Position numbers and translations under genes: made by a program. 64,000 nucleotides of DNA, from positions 10,630 to 74,629 of the IMG/VR virus record IMGVR_UViG_3300036766_002281, one strand, 5' to 3'. The stretch comes from a virus. Positions 1 through 9,090 of the stretch are shown here, piece after piece. The notes beneath the pieces were generated by a model. It worked only from the letters and a program-made list of their open reading frames with translations. It was not told the DNA's origin and searched no databases. The number at the start of each line of letters is the position of its first letter. Positions within the stretch are counted from its first letter, which is position 1.

Positions 1-219
1 GATGAAGAACGAGCCAAAGGATATGTTCGTCCAGTTCGTACAAAGTATATTCATAAGACTTGTGGGGTTGAGACCGTAATGCATATTAAATTTGCTGAAA
101 CCTATGCAAGAGACCCAAAGTTTTATGGATCGACGTTTTGTGCTGGATCAAGATGTAGAGCTCATTTTCCGGTAAGTGAATTTTTGTGGTCGGATACGAA
201 GGAAGAGGTAGGAAGTTAG
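1..219 (+). CDS. 5'-truncated hypothetical protein, Cys/His zinc-binding-like
   Basis: Frame 1 is open from base 1: DEERAKGYVRPVRTKYIHKTCG...AETYARDPKFYGSTFC...C.AHFP...; TAG at 217-219. Confidence 0.7.
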   Translation, partial: DEERAKGYVRPVRTKYIHKTCGVETVMHIKFAETYARDPKFYGSTFCAGSRCRAHFPVSEFLWSDTKEEVGS

Positions 220-308
220 CTCAGGGGTAGTTCACATAAATCAAAACGCAAACGTAGGCAAACGAATAACCAGAAAATAGTAAACTTGAATGGAAAGGAA
301 GAAATCAA

Positions 309-785
309 ATGGAAGTAATATATGCTCCTACTAAGTACGATTATGATTTTAATAAGAAGTATGTTTTCATAGCTGGTTCTATCGAAATGGGAACGGCAGA
401 AGATTGGCAGAGCGAGGTTATTAAACAGTTTGAGCATACTAATTTTGTTATTTTGAATCCTCGTAGATTAGATTGGGATTCGAGTTGGGAACAGACGAAG
501 GATAATCCAAAGTTTCGAGAACAAGTAATGTGGGAGTTAGCTAGTCTTGAACGGGCAGACCATATTTTGTTGTACTTTAGTCCTGGAACTAAATCTCCAA
601 TCTCATTACTCGAATTAGGACTATTTCAATTAAGTAGAAAATTGATTGTAGTCTGCCCAGAAGGATTTTGGAGAAAAGGCAACGTAGATCTTGTCTGCGA
701 ACGATATAGTATTGTTCAAGAAGAAACATTAAATGAAGCTGTTAATTTAATAAAAAGGAAAGTGAGGATAAACGCAATTGTCTAA
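309..785 (+). CDS. nucleoside 2-deoxyribosyltransferase-like protein
   Basis: FIAGSIEMG..DWQ, ILNPRR, QVMWEL, SPISLLELG motifs. Confidence 0.85.
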   Translation: MEVIYAPTKYDYDFNKKYVFIAGSIEMGTAEDWQSEVIKQFEHTNFVILNPRRLDWDSSWEQTKDNPKFREQVMWELASLERADHILLYFSPGTKSPISLLELGLFQLSRKLIVVCPEGFWRKGNVDLVCERYSIVQEETLNEAVNLIKRKVRINAIV

Positions 786-985
786 CTCTAACTCTAACTC
801 TAATTCTAATCCAAACGAAAACGCACCATCAAACACAAGAAATAGTTTCTTTAACGAGCTATTTAAAGATGCCAAGACTAAGACGATTCATGATCTTATA
901 GATGAGGCAAGGGGTAGTTCATGACAGTTTCCGGGTAAGATGCCTCAGAAACGTTGACAATTTCAGAATCAAACGAACGAACGAA

Positions 986-1441
986 ATGAGCTATTTTTTC
1001 TACCGTCTAAAATATAGTATAAAGAGCTTTTTTCGTAGATGGTATTTTACTGCTGAAAAATGGTATTTGGTTCGACTCAGGAAAAGAACTCAAACTTGTC
1101 CTAGACGATCGGAGCTTGGAGTAGCTAGTCAAGTATTCAAAGATCCAGATTATTGGCGCTTGGACAATACTTGCTCCTATTGCGGTGGCTTAAATCCTGA
1201 ACGATTTTTAGAGGAAGTGCGAAATGGGGCAGAAGTAGAACCAACTAACAAAAGTTACAAAGCTTACGTGCATGTTAATAAACGTATGTACAAAATCTAT
1301 TTCCAACATTTCAATGACCCACATAAAAAAGAGTTTGTACGCTTGTATAACGATCACACGATGAAGATAGGTTATCCAGGATGTTTCTATGCTAAGCCTT
1401 ATTTTGTTCAGATACGAGGTGGAAAAACTGAAGTTGTTTAA
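986..1441 (+). CDS. hypothetical protein (CSYCGGL motif)
   Basis: ORF 902-1441; ATG at 986 is the more plausible start. Confidence 0.6.
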   Translation: MSYFFYRLKYSIKSFFRRWYFTAEKWYLVRLRKRTQTCPRRSELGVASQVFKDPDYWRLDNTCSYCGGLNPERFLEEVRNGAEVEPTNKSYKAYVHVNKRMYKIYFQHFNDPHKKEFVRLYNDHTMKIGYPGCFYAKPYFVQIRGGKTEVV

Positions 1442-1529
1442 ACTGTTCTCTAGTTAAAAGCGGAAAGGAAAGGAAATTAAAAAGGATTAATCTTAAAATG
1501 TATAATATAATGGGAAGGAAATAGAGAAT

Positions 1530-1724
1530 ATGCCAATTTTTGAATATCAGTGTAATATCTCAGAATGTAATCATAAATTTGATCATTTGATTCTTAGTTC
1601 TCGTAAACCGGAAGAGGTTATTCCTTGCGAAAAGTGTGGAAAGGAAGCAAGCAGAATTCTTTATAGTGGATCAAGCTTTAATTCTCAATTTTTGTGTTGG
1701 GATCGCGTCGGAGAAGGATCGTAA
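1530..1724 (+). CDS. FmdB-family zinc-ribbon protein
   Basis: MPIFEYQC..C.HKF...PCEKCG..ASR; TATAAT at 1501 upstream. Confidence 0.8.
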   Translation: MPIFEYQCNISECNHKFDHLILSSRKPEEVIPCEKCGKEASRILYSGSSFNSQFLCWDRVGEGS

Positions 1725-1864
1725 AAGATCGTTAAAGATCGTTACACTGAACGAGTTAAGGTTGTAGTACTGAATCGTTAACAATTTGAGATCCTTTACG
1801 TTTAAACACGAAATCAGTATAACGGTAGTGAAAGATCTTAAAAAAGAAACTAAGGGAGACATAA

Positions 1865-3532
1865 ATGTACGCAGGAAAAAGAGCAAATAGAGAGAATACG
1901 GGAGCAGATACTCTATCAGATGGCTTTGTAAAGAGTATGGGAGCAAAGCTCAATTCTAAAAAGAAAGGCAATAAGGTAGTAACTTCTAAGCAAAAGAAGC
2001 CTATTACAATTAAGATTAGTTATCTGTCGGAACTTAGCAAAAAGGGTTTTGAGAGTTGTGGAACTGGAATCTACAAAGATGCTAAGCATCATTTGTGGAC
2101 AGTAGAACGTTCTGCAGATGGTTATACTCTATCAAGAAACGCTGATGAAGATGGTACAGCAGATTCTTCAGAAACGAAAAAAGAAGGTTCTGAAGAGAAA
2201 GAAGCAGATCTTACCTCTTTAATGCAGGAATATGATGAATGGGTAGAAGAAGGTGGCTATCCTGTTGGAGGTAGTGCTAGTTCAATTCTTAATCAGTTCA
2301 GGAAGGAAAAGAACCTATCAAACGAGCAGTTCGAGCAAATGCACAAGGAGTTGAAGTTTGGAAGGAGAGATCTAAAACAAGCAGATCAAAAACAAGGTCT
2401 AATTCAAGCAATTATTGATGCTATGTTTGAGATAGATAAGACAGATGACGAGGAGTTGGCTCATCAAGCAATTAAAATTTTCTGGGAGTTTGGAGTATCA
2501 AGTGTTGCTCCAGATCTTGTTGATGAACTCATGGGTGAACTTGAAGAATTAAATTCAGCATCACTGGAAGAACTACTTACGAAACTTGAAACTTTAACAA
2601 AGAAAAAAGGATCAAAAACTGCTTTCGATCTTGATAGTAAACCAAGTGTAGAAGAGTTAGAAGAAGCAGAATCAAATGAGCGTCAAACTCAGATTGGAGA
2701 ACCATACGAAGAAAAGGATGTAACTGAGTTTTATGACGAGGCAGAAGATAGAGAGGTTATGGAAGGGCCACAGACAAAGCCTTACAAGCTAGAAGAGAAT
2801 GAGACTCCGGCTGAGAAAAAGATATCAGCTATAATCAAAGTTTTTACTAGTTCTGGAAAAGTAAAAGGTTATAAAATTGCCTTCGTTGCAACTGATGATA
2901 CTTACATAGACAAAGGACGTTTAGGAGGGTACATACTCCTAAACGATAAAACAAAACTTCCAGGATATTTTGAATATAATGAAGAAACAGGTCTGGGTTG
3001 GGATTTCGAAAATAATGAGCAGGTAACTGCTGTACTTGATCAACTTTATGATGCTAATGATAATTTTTCGTTTGGTATTGCATCGTATATTCTTAAAAAT
3101 ACTGACAGAGGTGGAAGTACAAAGATTTCGTACTCAATTTCAGATGTTTTACGCTTAGACAGTTTAAAAAAGTTTGCTATCAGTAAGACTAGAAAGAAAT
3201 TAAGGGGGACATCAGTGATAGACGCAGACGCAGACGCAGACGCAGACGAATTAGATGAAGTAGGAAAATGGTGGGACATGACCTCTGACGACGAACATTC
3301 CGAAATTCTTCAAAGTATTGGATATGGAAAAGAAATTATAAGTAAGTATAATTCCCTTACCTGGGAAGATCAATTATGGGATGTCAAAGAAAGGCTTGAA
3401 GATTACTATGACAAACGAGTACGAGTACGAACACGAAGTGAGAATGAGAATGAGAATGAGAATGAGAATGAGAAAGCCAAAGCCAAAACTAAAGTCAGCA
3501 GACCAACAACAATATCATCAAAACCTTTTTAA
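1865..3532 (+). CDS. acidic modular protein with K-x-A motifs, putative head-internal polyprotein (part 1)
   Basis: 555 aa, acidic blocks separated by KEA/KQA/KTA/KIA; SD GGGAG upstream. Confidence 0.6.
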   Translation: MYAGKRANRENTGADTLSDGFVKSMGAKLNSKKKGNKVVTSKQKKPITIKISYLSELSKKGFESCGTGIYKDAKHHLWTVERSADGYTLSRNADEDGTADSSETKKEGSEEKEADLTSLMQEYDEWVEEGGYPVGGSASSILNQFRKEKNLSNEQFEQMHKELKFGRRDLKQADQKQGLIQAIIDAMFEIDKTDDEELAHQAIKIFWEFGVSSVAPDLVDELMGELEELNSASLEELLTKLETLTKKKGSKTAFDLDSKPSVEELEEAESNERQTQIGEPYEEKDVTEFYDEAEDREVMEGPQTKPYKLEENETPAEKKISAIIKVFTSSGKVKGYKIAFVATDDTYIDKGRLGGYILLNDKTKLPGYFEYNEETGLGWDFENNEQVTAVLDQLYDANDNFSFGIASYILKNTDRGGSTKISYSISDVLRLDSLKKFAISKTRKKLRGTSVIDADADADADELDEVGKWWDMTSDDEHSEILQSIGYGKEIISKYNSLTWEDQLWDVKERLEDYYDKRVRVRTRSENENENENENEKAKAKTKVSRPTTISSKPF

Positions 3533-6062
3533 TACTGATTACGCTTTAGGAGAAATAAAGGAATCTACGAGTACGACTACGACTATACCTACCAAATGTC
3601 CGTTCTGTAAATCTGAACTTATGACAGTAGACAATGAGCCAGGAAGTACGATTGTAATGTGTAAGGAATGTGGATATGCAGGTTTAATTCCAGATCATCC
3701 TCTGGCACTTGAACGAGGGGCAGAAATGAAAACAGCAGATACAGCAGATAGAGTTTCCGAAGCTCTTAAACGAACTTACTACGAATCTAAAACAGTGCAA
3801 GGGGTATTTGCAAATTCAGTTGAGTTTGTAGACTGGGTTTACAATCGTTGGGGAGATTGGTTGCATTCAGAAGAAGAGTTAGAAAGAAAATTTGATGGAG
3901 ATACCTGGGAATTTATTAAATCAAAGATGCTTAACAAGAAAGACTTTTTAGAAGCATTGTTAGATAATCTTCCAGAACCACTAGATCCGAATAGAGAAAG
4001 TAGTATGAAAACTACTTCAGCTGACGAACATGGAGTAAGAGAACTTTTACTGTATATTGCTCAAGATGATGAACTTCAGAATAGGATTGTAAACCCACTG
4101 AAGGAGAGACTTACACGTAAAATTGAAAAAGGAATATTCGATTTAGATCGTTCTATTTCGGCTTGGCAGAACGTAGTTGAGAAATCAACGCATAAGTATA
4201 TGATGGATTTTGGAGATCCAGGAGAGAAAGTAAGTAATATATTTAATCGATCTACTAGAACTAAGGTGGCTGAAGAGTTGGCTGAAGCATTTAAAGTAGA
4301 ATATGACTTGGGTCATGATCGTGAACGTGAACCTGCCGCTATAGTGGAAAAGGAAGGGGCACCAGAAGCAAGTGATGAAACTCTTTGTTCAAGGTGTCAG
4401 CATATGAAGGGAATTCATGATCCAGATGGATGTAGTGGATCAACAGGAGTCGTAGAAGATCCACTAGAATGTTTTTGTCAAGGGTTTGTAGAGGAAGGAG
4501 CATCTAGGACTGCCGCAGATGAATCTATCTTCAATGAGTTAGTAGATAAGATTGAAAACGAAATTAAAAATACGGAGTCAATGAGTTACTTCAATGTAAC
4601 TCAACCGCTAAAAGAAATTGGAAAGTTATTTGGTAAGGATCGTTTGAATCAAGCTATTGACCAACTTGGTTTAGAAGATTACGGTATAAGAAAAGTTTCT
4701 CACGTATCAGAGTTAGACTCTTGGCTAATTCGTTCTAATTTTACAACAGTCAAACAGGCAGGTGAAGGCGAGGTTGAAGTAGACCCAAGAACTGGAAAAT
4801 GGTTTTGGTTTTCTATCGATCCAGCTCAAGAGGGTAAAGAGGGATTTGAGACTGAAGATGAAGCACGAGCAGATATGGCAAAATTTATGCAACATGTCCA
4901 TGGAAGTAGAAAGCAAGCTGCTGGTGGGGAAGAAGCTGCTCGGGCAGTCTGGGAGGCACTTGACGACGCAGGAAGAAAAGAAGAGTTGGAAGCCATTGGA
5001 GTTCTAAAACTTGAGACATCAAAAAAGGATTGGATTGCTCTTCCACCAGTTACAAGACAGAGACTTACGGAGAAGTTGGAAGGAGTTCCCAAACCTGTAG
5101 AAGAGGGAAAGCAGTATCAAATCAAAAGACCTGATGGGTTTCACGTTTACACTGTAACGGACATTCGTGGTAACCTGATAGAGTTCATGGACGAGCAGGA
5201 GAAAAAGTTTACCGCCCCGAAGGAGACCATAGAACAAGGACTTGCCAAAGGACAGGTTAAGGAAGCGTATATTAACCAGATAGCCGGGGAATTTTGTCCC
5301 CAGTGTAAGATTCCTGTACAAATGGTGGGAAGGGAAGATAATCTCCTTATTATGGGTTGTATAGCCTGTAGCTACAAAACAGCAGAGTACGATAATGAGT
5401 TTAAGATCCAATCTGACCTAGCTGACCAAAAGAGTTTACAAAAAGAAGTAAACAAAATTGATATGTTGTTTATGCATGATAAGAAGTATGCTACTAATCC
5501 TGCGGCACAAAAGTGGTTAAACGACGCAGAAGAATTGTTGGGGCAATGCGAAAAAGCTTATTGGGTTAACGCTGTAAATGAAGATCCTCAAGGAGTAGCA
5601 GAATTAGTTAGAAAAGGTTTGGATATTATAGAACAAATGAAGAGACAGTCAAGAGGTAAAACAGCAGAGTACGAGCGAGAGCGAGAGCGAGAGCAAGAAT
5701 ATGCTGTTCTAAATAGCACGTCCAGTGTTTTGACAAAGAATCCAATGGCGAATGAACTGATAGAAGATTGGGAAAGCCCTCAGCATGGAGAACCTTCGCT
5801 TCATTCTTATCTGCTTATTAAAACGAATAAGTATACTACTCCATTTGTTTTAGTAGGGTCAGGAAAAGAATACTCATCAGTAGGAGATCATATTCTATTA
5901 TGGGATGATGGGAATGGGAGCACTAGATTTCCATTTAGAGATTATAGACCAGGTTATCAAAGACCAGCTGCACGAGGAGAAGTTATTGCCACTGCTTACG
6001 GAGCAGAAGAAATCAAAACTAACTTTCCTCCCGGTCGATATAAAATGATGGTTATGAAGTAG
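3381..6062 (+). CDS. acidic modular protein with K/R-x-A motifs and Zn ribbons (part 2; possibly a frameshifted continuation of 1865-3532)
   Basis: 893 aa; KSA, KTA, RTA, KQA, KEA motifs; CPFC..CKEC and CPQC..CIAC; overlaps the upstream ORF by 152 nt in microsatellite-rich sequence. Confidence 0.6.
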   Translation: MSKKGLKITMTNEYEYEHEVRMRMRMRMRMRKPKPKLKSADQQQYHQNLFNTDYALGEIKESTSTTTTIPTKCPFCKSELMTVDNEPGSTIVMCKECGYAGLIPDHPLALERGAEMKTADTADRVSEALKRTYYESKTVQGVFANSVEFVDWVYNRWGDWLHSEEELERKFDGDTWEFIKSKMLNKKDFLEALLDNLPEPLDPNRESSMKTTSADEHGVRELLLYIAQDDELQNRIVNPLKERLTRKIEKGIFDLDRSISAWQNVVEKSTHKYMMDFGDPGEKVSNIFNRSTRTKVAEELAEAFKVEYDLGHDREREPAAIVEKEGAPEASDETLCSRCQHMKGIHDPDGCSGSTGVVEDPLECFCQGFVEEGASRTAADESIFNELVDKIENEIKNTESMSYFNVTQPLKEIGKLFGKDRLNQAIDQLGLEDYGIRKVSHVSELDSWLIRSNFTTVKQAGEGEVEVDPRTGKWFWFSIDPAQEGKEGFETEDEARADMAKFMQHVHGSRKQAAGGEEAARAVWEALDDAGRKEELEAIGVLKLETSKKDWIALPPVTRQRLTEKLEGVPKPVEEGKQYQIKRPDGFHVYTVTDIRGNLIEFMDEQEKKFTAPKETIEQGLAKGQVKEAYINQIAGEFCPQCKIPVQMVGREDNLLIMGCIACSYKTAEYDNEFKIQSDLADQKSLQKEVNKIDMLFMHDKKYATNPAAQKWLNDAEELLGQCEKAYWVNAVNEDPQGVAELVRKGLDIIEQMKRQSRGKTAEYEREREREQEYAVLNSTSSVLTKNPMANELIEDWESPQHGEPSLHSYLLIKTNKYTTPFVLVGSGKEYSSVGDHILLWDDGNGSTRFPFRDYRPGYQRPAARGEVIATAYGAEEIKTNFPPGRYKMMVMK

Positions 6063-6068
6063 ACGAGA

Positions 6069-6455
6069 ATGATGACCCAGATTTCAGATTCTATTTTTAT
6101 TGGAAATAGTCAAGATCATAAACGACTTGATGTTCTAAAAACAACTGGTATAACCGCAGTATACAATGTCGCAGCAGATTTGAATACTGAATGGTGTACT
6201 GAAATTGTTTACGTTAAATGTGGTTTATGGGATGGACCTGCTGGCAGTAATAGAATTGAGTTAGCTGTTGATCTGCTTGAGAAGTTAGTCGATGGTGGAG
6301 AAAGAGTTCTTATTCATTGCCATGAAGGATGCAATCGTAGTCCATATATTGTGGCAAAGTATTTAGCGAAAAAGAATGGAACTGATTGGAAGAAAGAGTT
6401 TGAAGGCATTAAAGTCAAAAGACCACAAGTCTATATTAAAGATTGGATGAGTTAA
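6069..6455 (+). CDS. dual-specificity protein phosphatase
   Basis: VLIHCHEGCNRS (HCX5R), IFIGN, GITAVYNVA. Confidence 0.88.
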   Translation: MMTQISDSIFIGNSQDHKRLDVLKTTGITAVYNVAADLNTEWCTEIVYVKCGLWDGPAGSNRIELAVDLLEKLVDGGERVLIHCHEGCNRSPYIVAKYLAKKNGTDWKKEFEGIKVKRPQVYIKDWMS

Positions 6456-6480
6456 GTTACGTTAAGTTACGTTAAGTTAC
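6451..6480. repeat. 10-nt tandem repeat (GTTAAGTTAC)x3
   Basis: Read directly from the sequence. Confidence 0.9.
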
Positions 6481-6496
6481 TAAATGGAGTAATCAA

Positions 6497-7066
6497 ATGC
6501 GATTAGAAGAATTAAAAAGTAGTGATGATTTTGAGAATGATGATGATTACTATGAGTACATACATGAATGGGAAACAGCCGACTGGAAAGATATTGAAGG
6601 TTTAATGAATGCTATTGATCATGCGCTGGGAGCTCATGGTCTTGAGTTGATTCAAGGTAAAGGTGAAGATGATAATTACTACGTTAAAGTGGAACAACTT
6701 GGGGAAGGAAAAGACAAAGGAAAACGATCTGAGATCGAAGCTAGTCTTATGACTAAGATGAAGATCTTTCAACGGGAAGCCGTAAGATTAAATCGTAATC
6801 CAAAATCAGTTAAAGAATTTAAGCTTTGGTTAGAAGCTCAAGAACAGAGACAAGCTATTGGTAAACAGAAAGGTCCAGACGTTGGGGAAACGATCGAAGT
6901 CTATGACTTTAGAACTGACGAGATGCTTCCTGCAGAAGTTACTAGTAAACCAAGTCTCAACCAAGATACTGGGCTCGAAGAAGTGGATGTGGTCTTCGAG
7001 GATGGTATGGAACACTACGCGGTCTGGAATGATGATGAAATGATGTGGGAATCAGGGGAGCTATAG
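6497..7066 (+). CDS. leader-family protein (internal leader at 6749, SH3-like C-terminal cargo)
   Basis: MTKMKIFQREAVRLNRNPKSVKEFKLWLEA. Confidence 0.75.
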   Translation: MRLEELKSSDDFENDDDYYEYIHEWETADWKDIEGLMNAIDHALGAHGLELIQGKGEDDNYYVKVEQLGEGKDKGKRSEIEASLMTKMKIFQREAVRLNRNPKSVKEFKLWLEAQEQRQAIGKQKGPDVGETIEVYDFRTDEMLPAEVTSKPSLNQDTGLEEVDVVFEDGMEHYAVWNDDEMMWESGEL

Positions 7067-7070
7067 TTTA

Positions 7071-7256
7071 ATGATAAACAGCATAAAAGTTTCAGATATA
7101 ATTGATCGTAGTGATTCTCCAAGAGCAGAGTTAGATAAGCATATCGACAAAATAAACTTATCTGCTGATGAGAAAGAACGCTTACGAAAACTAATTAGTG
7201 ACGCATTAGATCAATCCTACCAAGAAGGAATTTGGGCAGGACAGGAATCTAGATAG
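7071..7256 (+). CDS. hypothetical protein
   Basis: 61-aa ORF packed between neighbours. Confidence 0.6.
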   Translation: MINSIKVSDIIDRSDSPRAELDKHIDKINLSADEKERLRKLISDALDQSYQEGIWAGQESR

Positions 7257-7267
7257 GGAAATGTGAG

Positions 7268-7930
7268 ATGAAAAAATACGAGCTAACCAACGAGACAACT
7301 CAATCTGCTGCTGGAGCTACTTTGTATAGGATCAAATCCTTAATCAAATCATCAGCAGATTTTGGCATTATCGATTCCGGAGAACTAGGCGGGTTTGTTG
7401 AGAGTGAGGACAATTTAGCACATGATGGTCAATGCTGGATTTCTGATAATGCACAAGTCTCTGGCAACGCACGGGTCTTTGGAAGGGCACAGGTCTCTGG
7501 AAATGCAAAAGTATTCGGCGACGCGTGGGTGGCTGGCGAAGTACAAGTCTATGACAACGCCCAAGTCTATGGAAATGCGCGGATCTCTGGGAGTGAGAAA
7601 GTTTATGGGGATATGGAAGTCAAAGGAGACGAGAAATCAACCCAGAAGGAGGGTAAAAATATGCTAAACAAGATCGAAAAGTTTCAACGTCAAGCAAAAG
7701 CTCTTGGACGAGATGAGAACTCTGTTGAAGAGTTTAAAATGTGGTTGAAGGCAGAAGAGGGAGATTCACTCAAGTTTGAAACCACAAGTGATGAAGAAGT
7801 CCATAGCAATATAGATGACATCATATCCGATTTGAATGATGTAAAGAGTTTAGGCGGTAGAGACGATATCAAAGAAAGATTACGTAATATCAAACATACT
7901 TTAGATGACATTATTAATTACTACAGATAA
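7268..7930 (+). CDS. beta-helix repeat (xNAxVx) protein fused in frame to a leader-family module starting at 7661
   Basis: KKYELT...GELGGFVESEDNL...DNAQVSGNARVFG repeats, then SD AAGGAGG + MLNKIEKFQRQAKALGRDENSVEEFKMWLKA. Confidence 0.8.
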   Translation: MKKYELTNETTQSAAGATLYRIKSLIKSSADFGIIDSGELGGFVESEDNLAHDGQCWISDNAQVSGNARVFGRAQVSGNAKVFGDAWVAGEVQVYDNAQVYGNARISGSEKVYGDMEVKGDEKSTQKEGKNMLNKIEKFQRQAKALGRDENSVEEFKMWLKAEEGDSLKFETTSDEEVHSNIDDIISDLNDVKSLGGRDDIKERLRNIKHTLDDIINYYR

Positions 7931-7940
7931 GGGAGATAAC

Positions 7941-8240
7941 ATGCTATCAAAAATCAAAGAATTTCAACGTCAAGCAAAAGCTCTTGGACGAAATGCCTAC
8001 AGCATTGAAGAATTCAAACTCTGGCTGGATGCTCAGACCAAAACCGCTGAAAAACCAGTTGAAACAGATCTAGAACTAGCTGAAGTGGCTTTAGCTAAAG
8101 CAACGGCAGCTTATTTGGATGCCCTATTACAAGACTTCGGCAAAGATGTTGTTTTAGATGAGGTAGAAGAAGCATTGGATGAGCTGACCTCTGAAACTTT
8201 TGGTCTTTGGGCAAAAGAAAAGTTTCCTTTAGATATTTAG
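7941..8240 (+). CDS. leader-family protein
   Basis: GGGAG SD; MLSKIKEFQRQAKALGRNAYSIEEFKLWLDAQTKTA. Confidence 0.85.
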   Translation: MLSKIKEFQRQAKALGRNAYSIEEFKLWLDAQTKTAEKPVETDLELAEVALAKATAAYLDALLQDFGKDVVLDEVEEALDELTSETFGLWAKEKFPLDI

Positions 8241-8301
8241 GTGATGTCAGATCTAGAAAACCATCTCAGGAAGAGGAATAACCCGAACTAGGAGTAAGAT
8301 T

Positions 8302-8829
8302 ATGTCAAACGTAAACGCAAACGTAAAAGATGTAGCTCATTATGAAGAGTACCAAAAGGAAGTAGAAACACATAAATTTGTTAGCTGGGGTATAGGTATA
8401 GGTATAGGATTAGAATTAGATAAACCTTATATTGTGGCTCCTTTAGTTGGCAAACTAGTTTTTTGTGATGAACAAGTTGATTTGGATTCTGATTATCCAT
8501 GGGATAAAAAACTTCTTGCCCCCGATCCAAGAAAAAGCCCTACTTCTCGTAGAGCAGCAATGATGTATAAATTTGTTACCTGTGGAAGTAGTGTAAAAAA
8601 AGCAAGCGAAGAAATAGTAAAAAATATAAGTATGGTTTTGAATTGTTACCCAGATTTTCAGCTGGTAGTACAAATTGCTTTGGCAGAACCTTATGAGCTT
8701 AGACGTTCTGTTGATGGGACAAAAACTTCTCGGTCTTTCGAGAAAATCGAAGGGGAATCCTACGTTGAAGATTGTGGGTTTGCCTGCGTTGTGCAAGGTT
8801 GTATTGTTAAGAATCCTAGATGGGAATAG
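8302..8829 (+). CDS. hypothetical protein
   Basis: SD AGGAG, 175 aa; GIGIGI is encoded by a (GGTATA)n repeat. Confidence 0.7.
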   Translation: MSNVNANVKDVAHYEEYQKEVETHKFVSWGIGIGIGLELDKPYIVAPLVGKLVFCDEQVDLDSDYPWDKKLLAPDPRKSPTSRRAAMMYKFVTCGSSVKKASEEIVKNISMVLNCYPDFQLVVQIALAEPYELRRSVDGTKTSRSFEKIEGESYVEDCGFACVVQGCIVKNPRWE

Positions 8830-8862
8830 GTAAAAAGGAAATTACTAGACTAGGGAAATAAA

Positions 8863-9090
8863 ATGACACTTTCTGAGCTAAGGACATTGATTGGTAATAA
8901 ATATCTTTATACTGATTTCTATACTGATTGGGAAAATAAAGGGTATGGATTTAGTTTTTCTATAATAGAAGATTCTAAAAATAAAAAAATTTATACTTTT
9001 CCAGGATTGTTTCCTGATTACAAAAGTAGAGATTTGACAGTTAAGTATATGAGACAAGTGTTTGTGCCTGATCCTGAGGAAATAATATGA
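8863..9090 (+). CDS. hypothetical protein
   Basis: 75 aa, ATGA overlap with the next gene. Confidence 0.6.
   Translation: MTLSELRTLIGNKYLYTDFYTDWENKGYGFSFSIIEDSKNKKIYTFPGLFPDYKSRDLTVKYMRQVFVPDPEEII

Noticed and set aside
1499-1511. Sigma70 promoter upstream of the FmdB-like gene
   Set aside because: TATAAT is present twice, but there is no TTGACA-like -35 at proper spacing, so it is not called as a feature.
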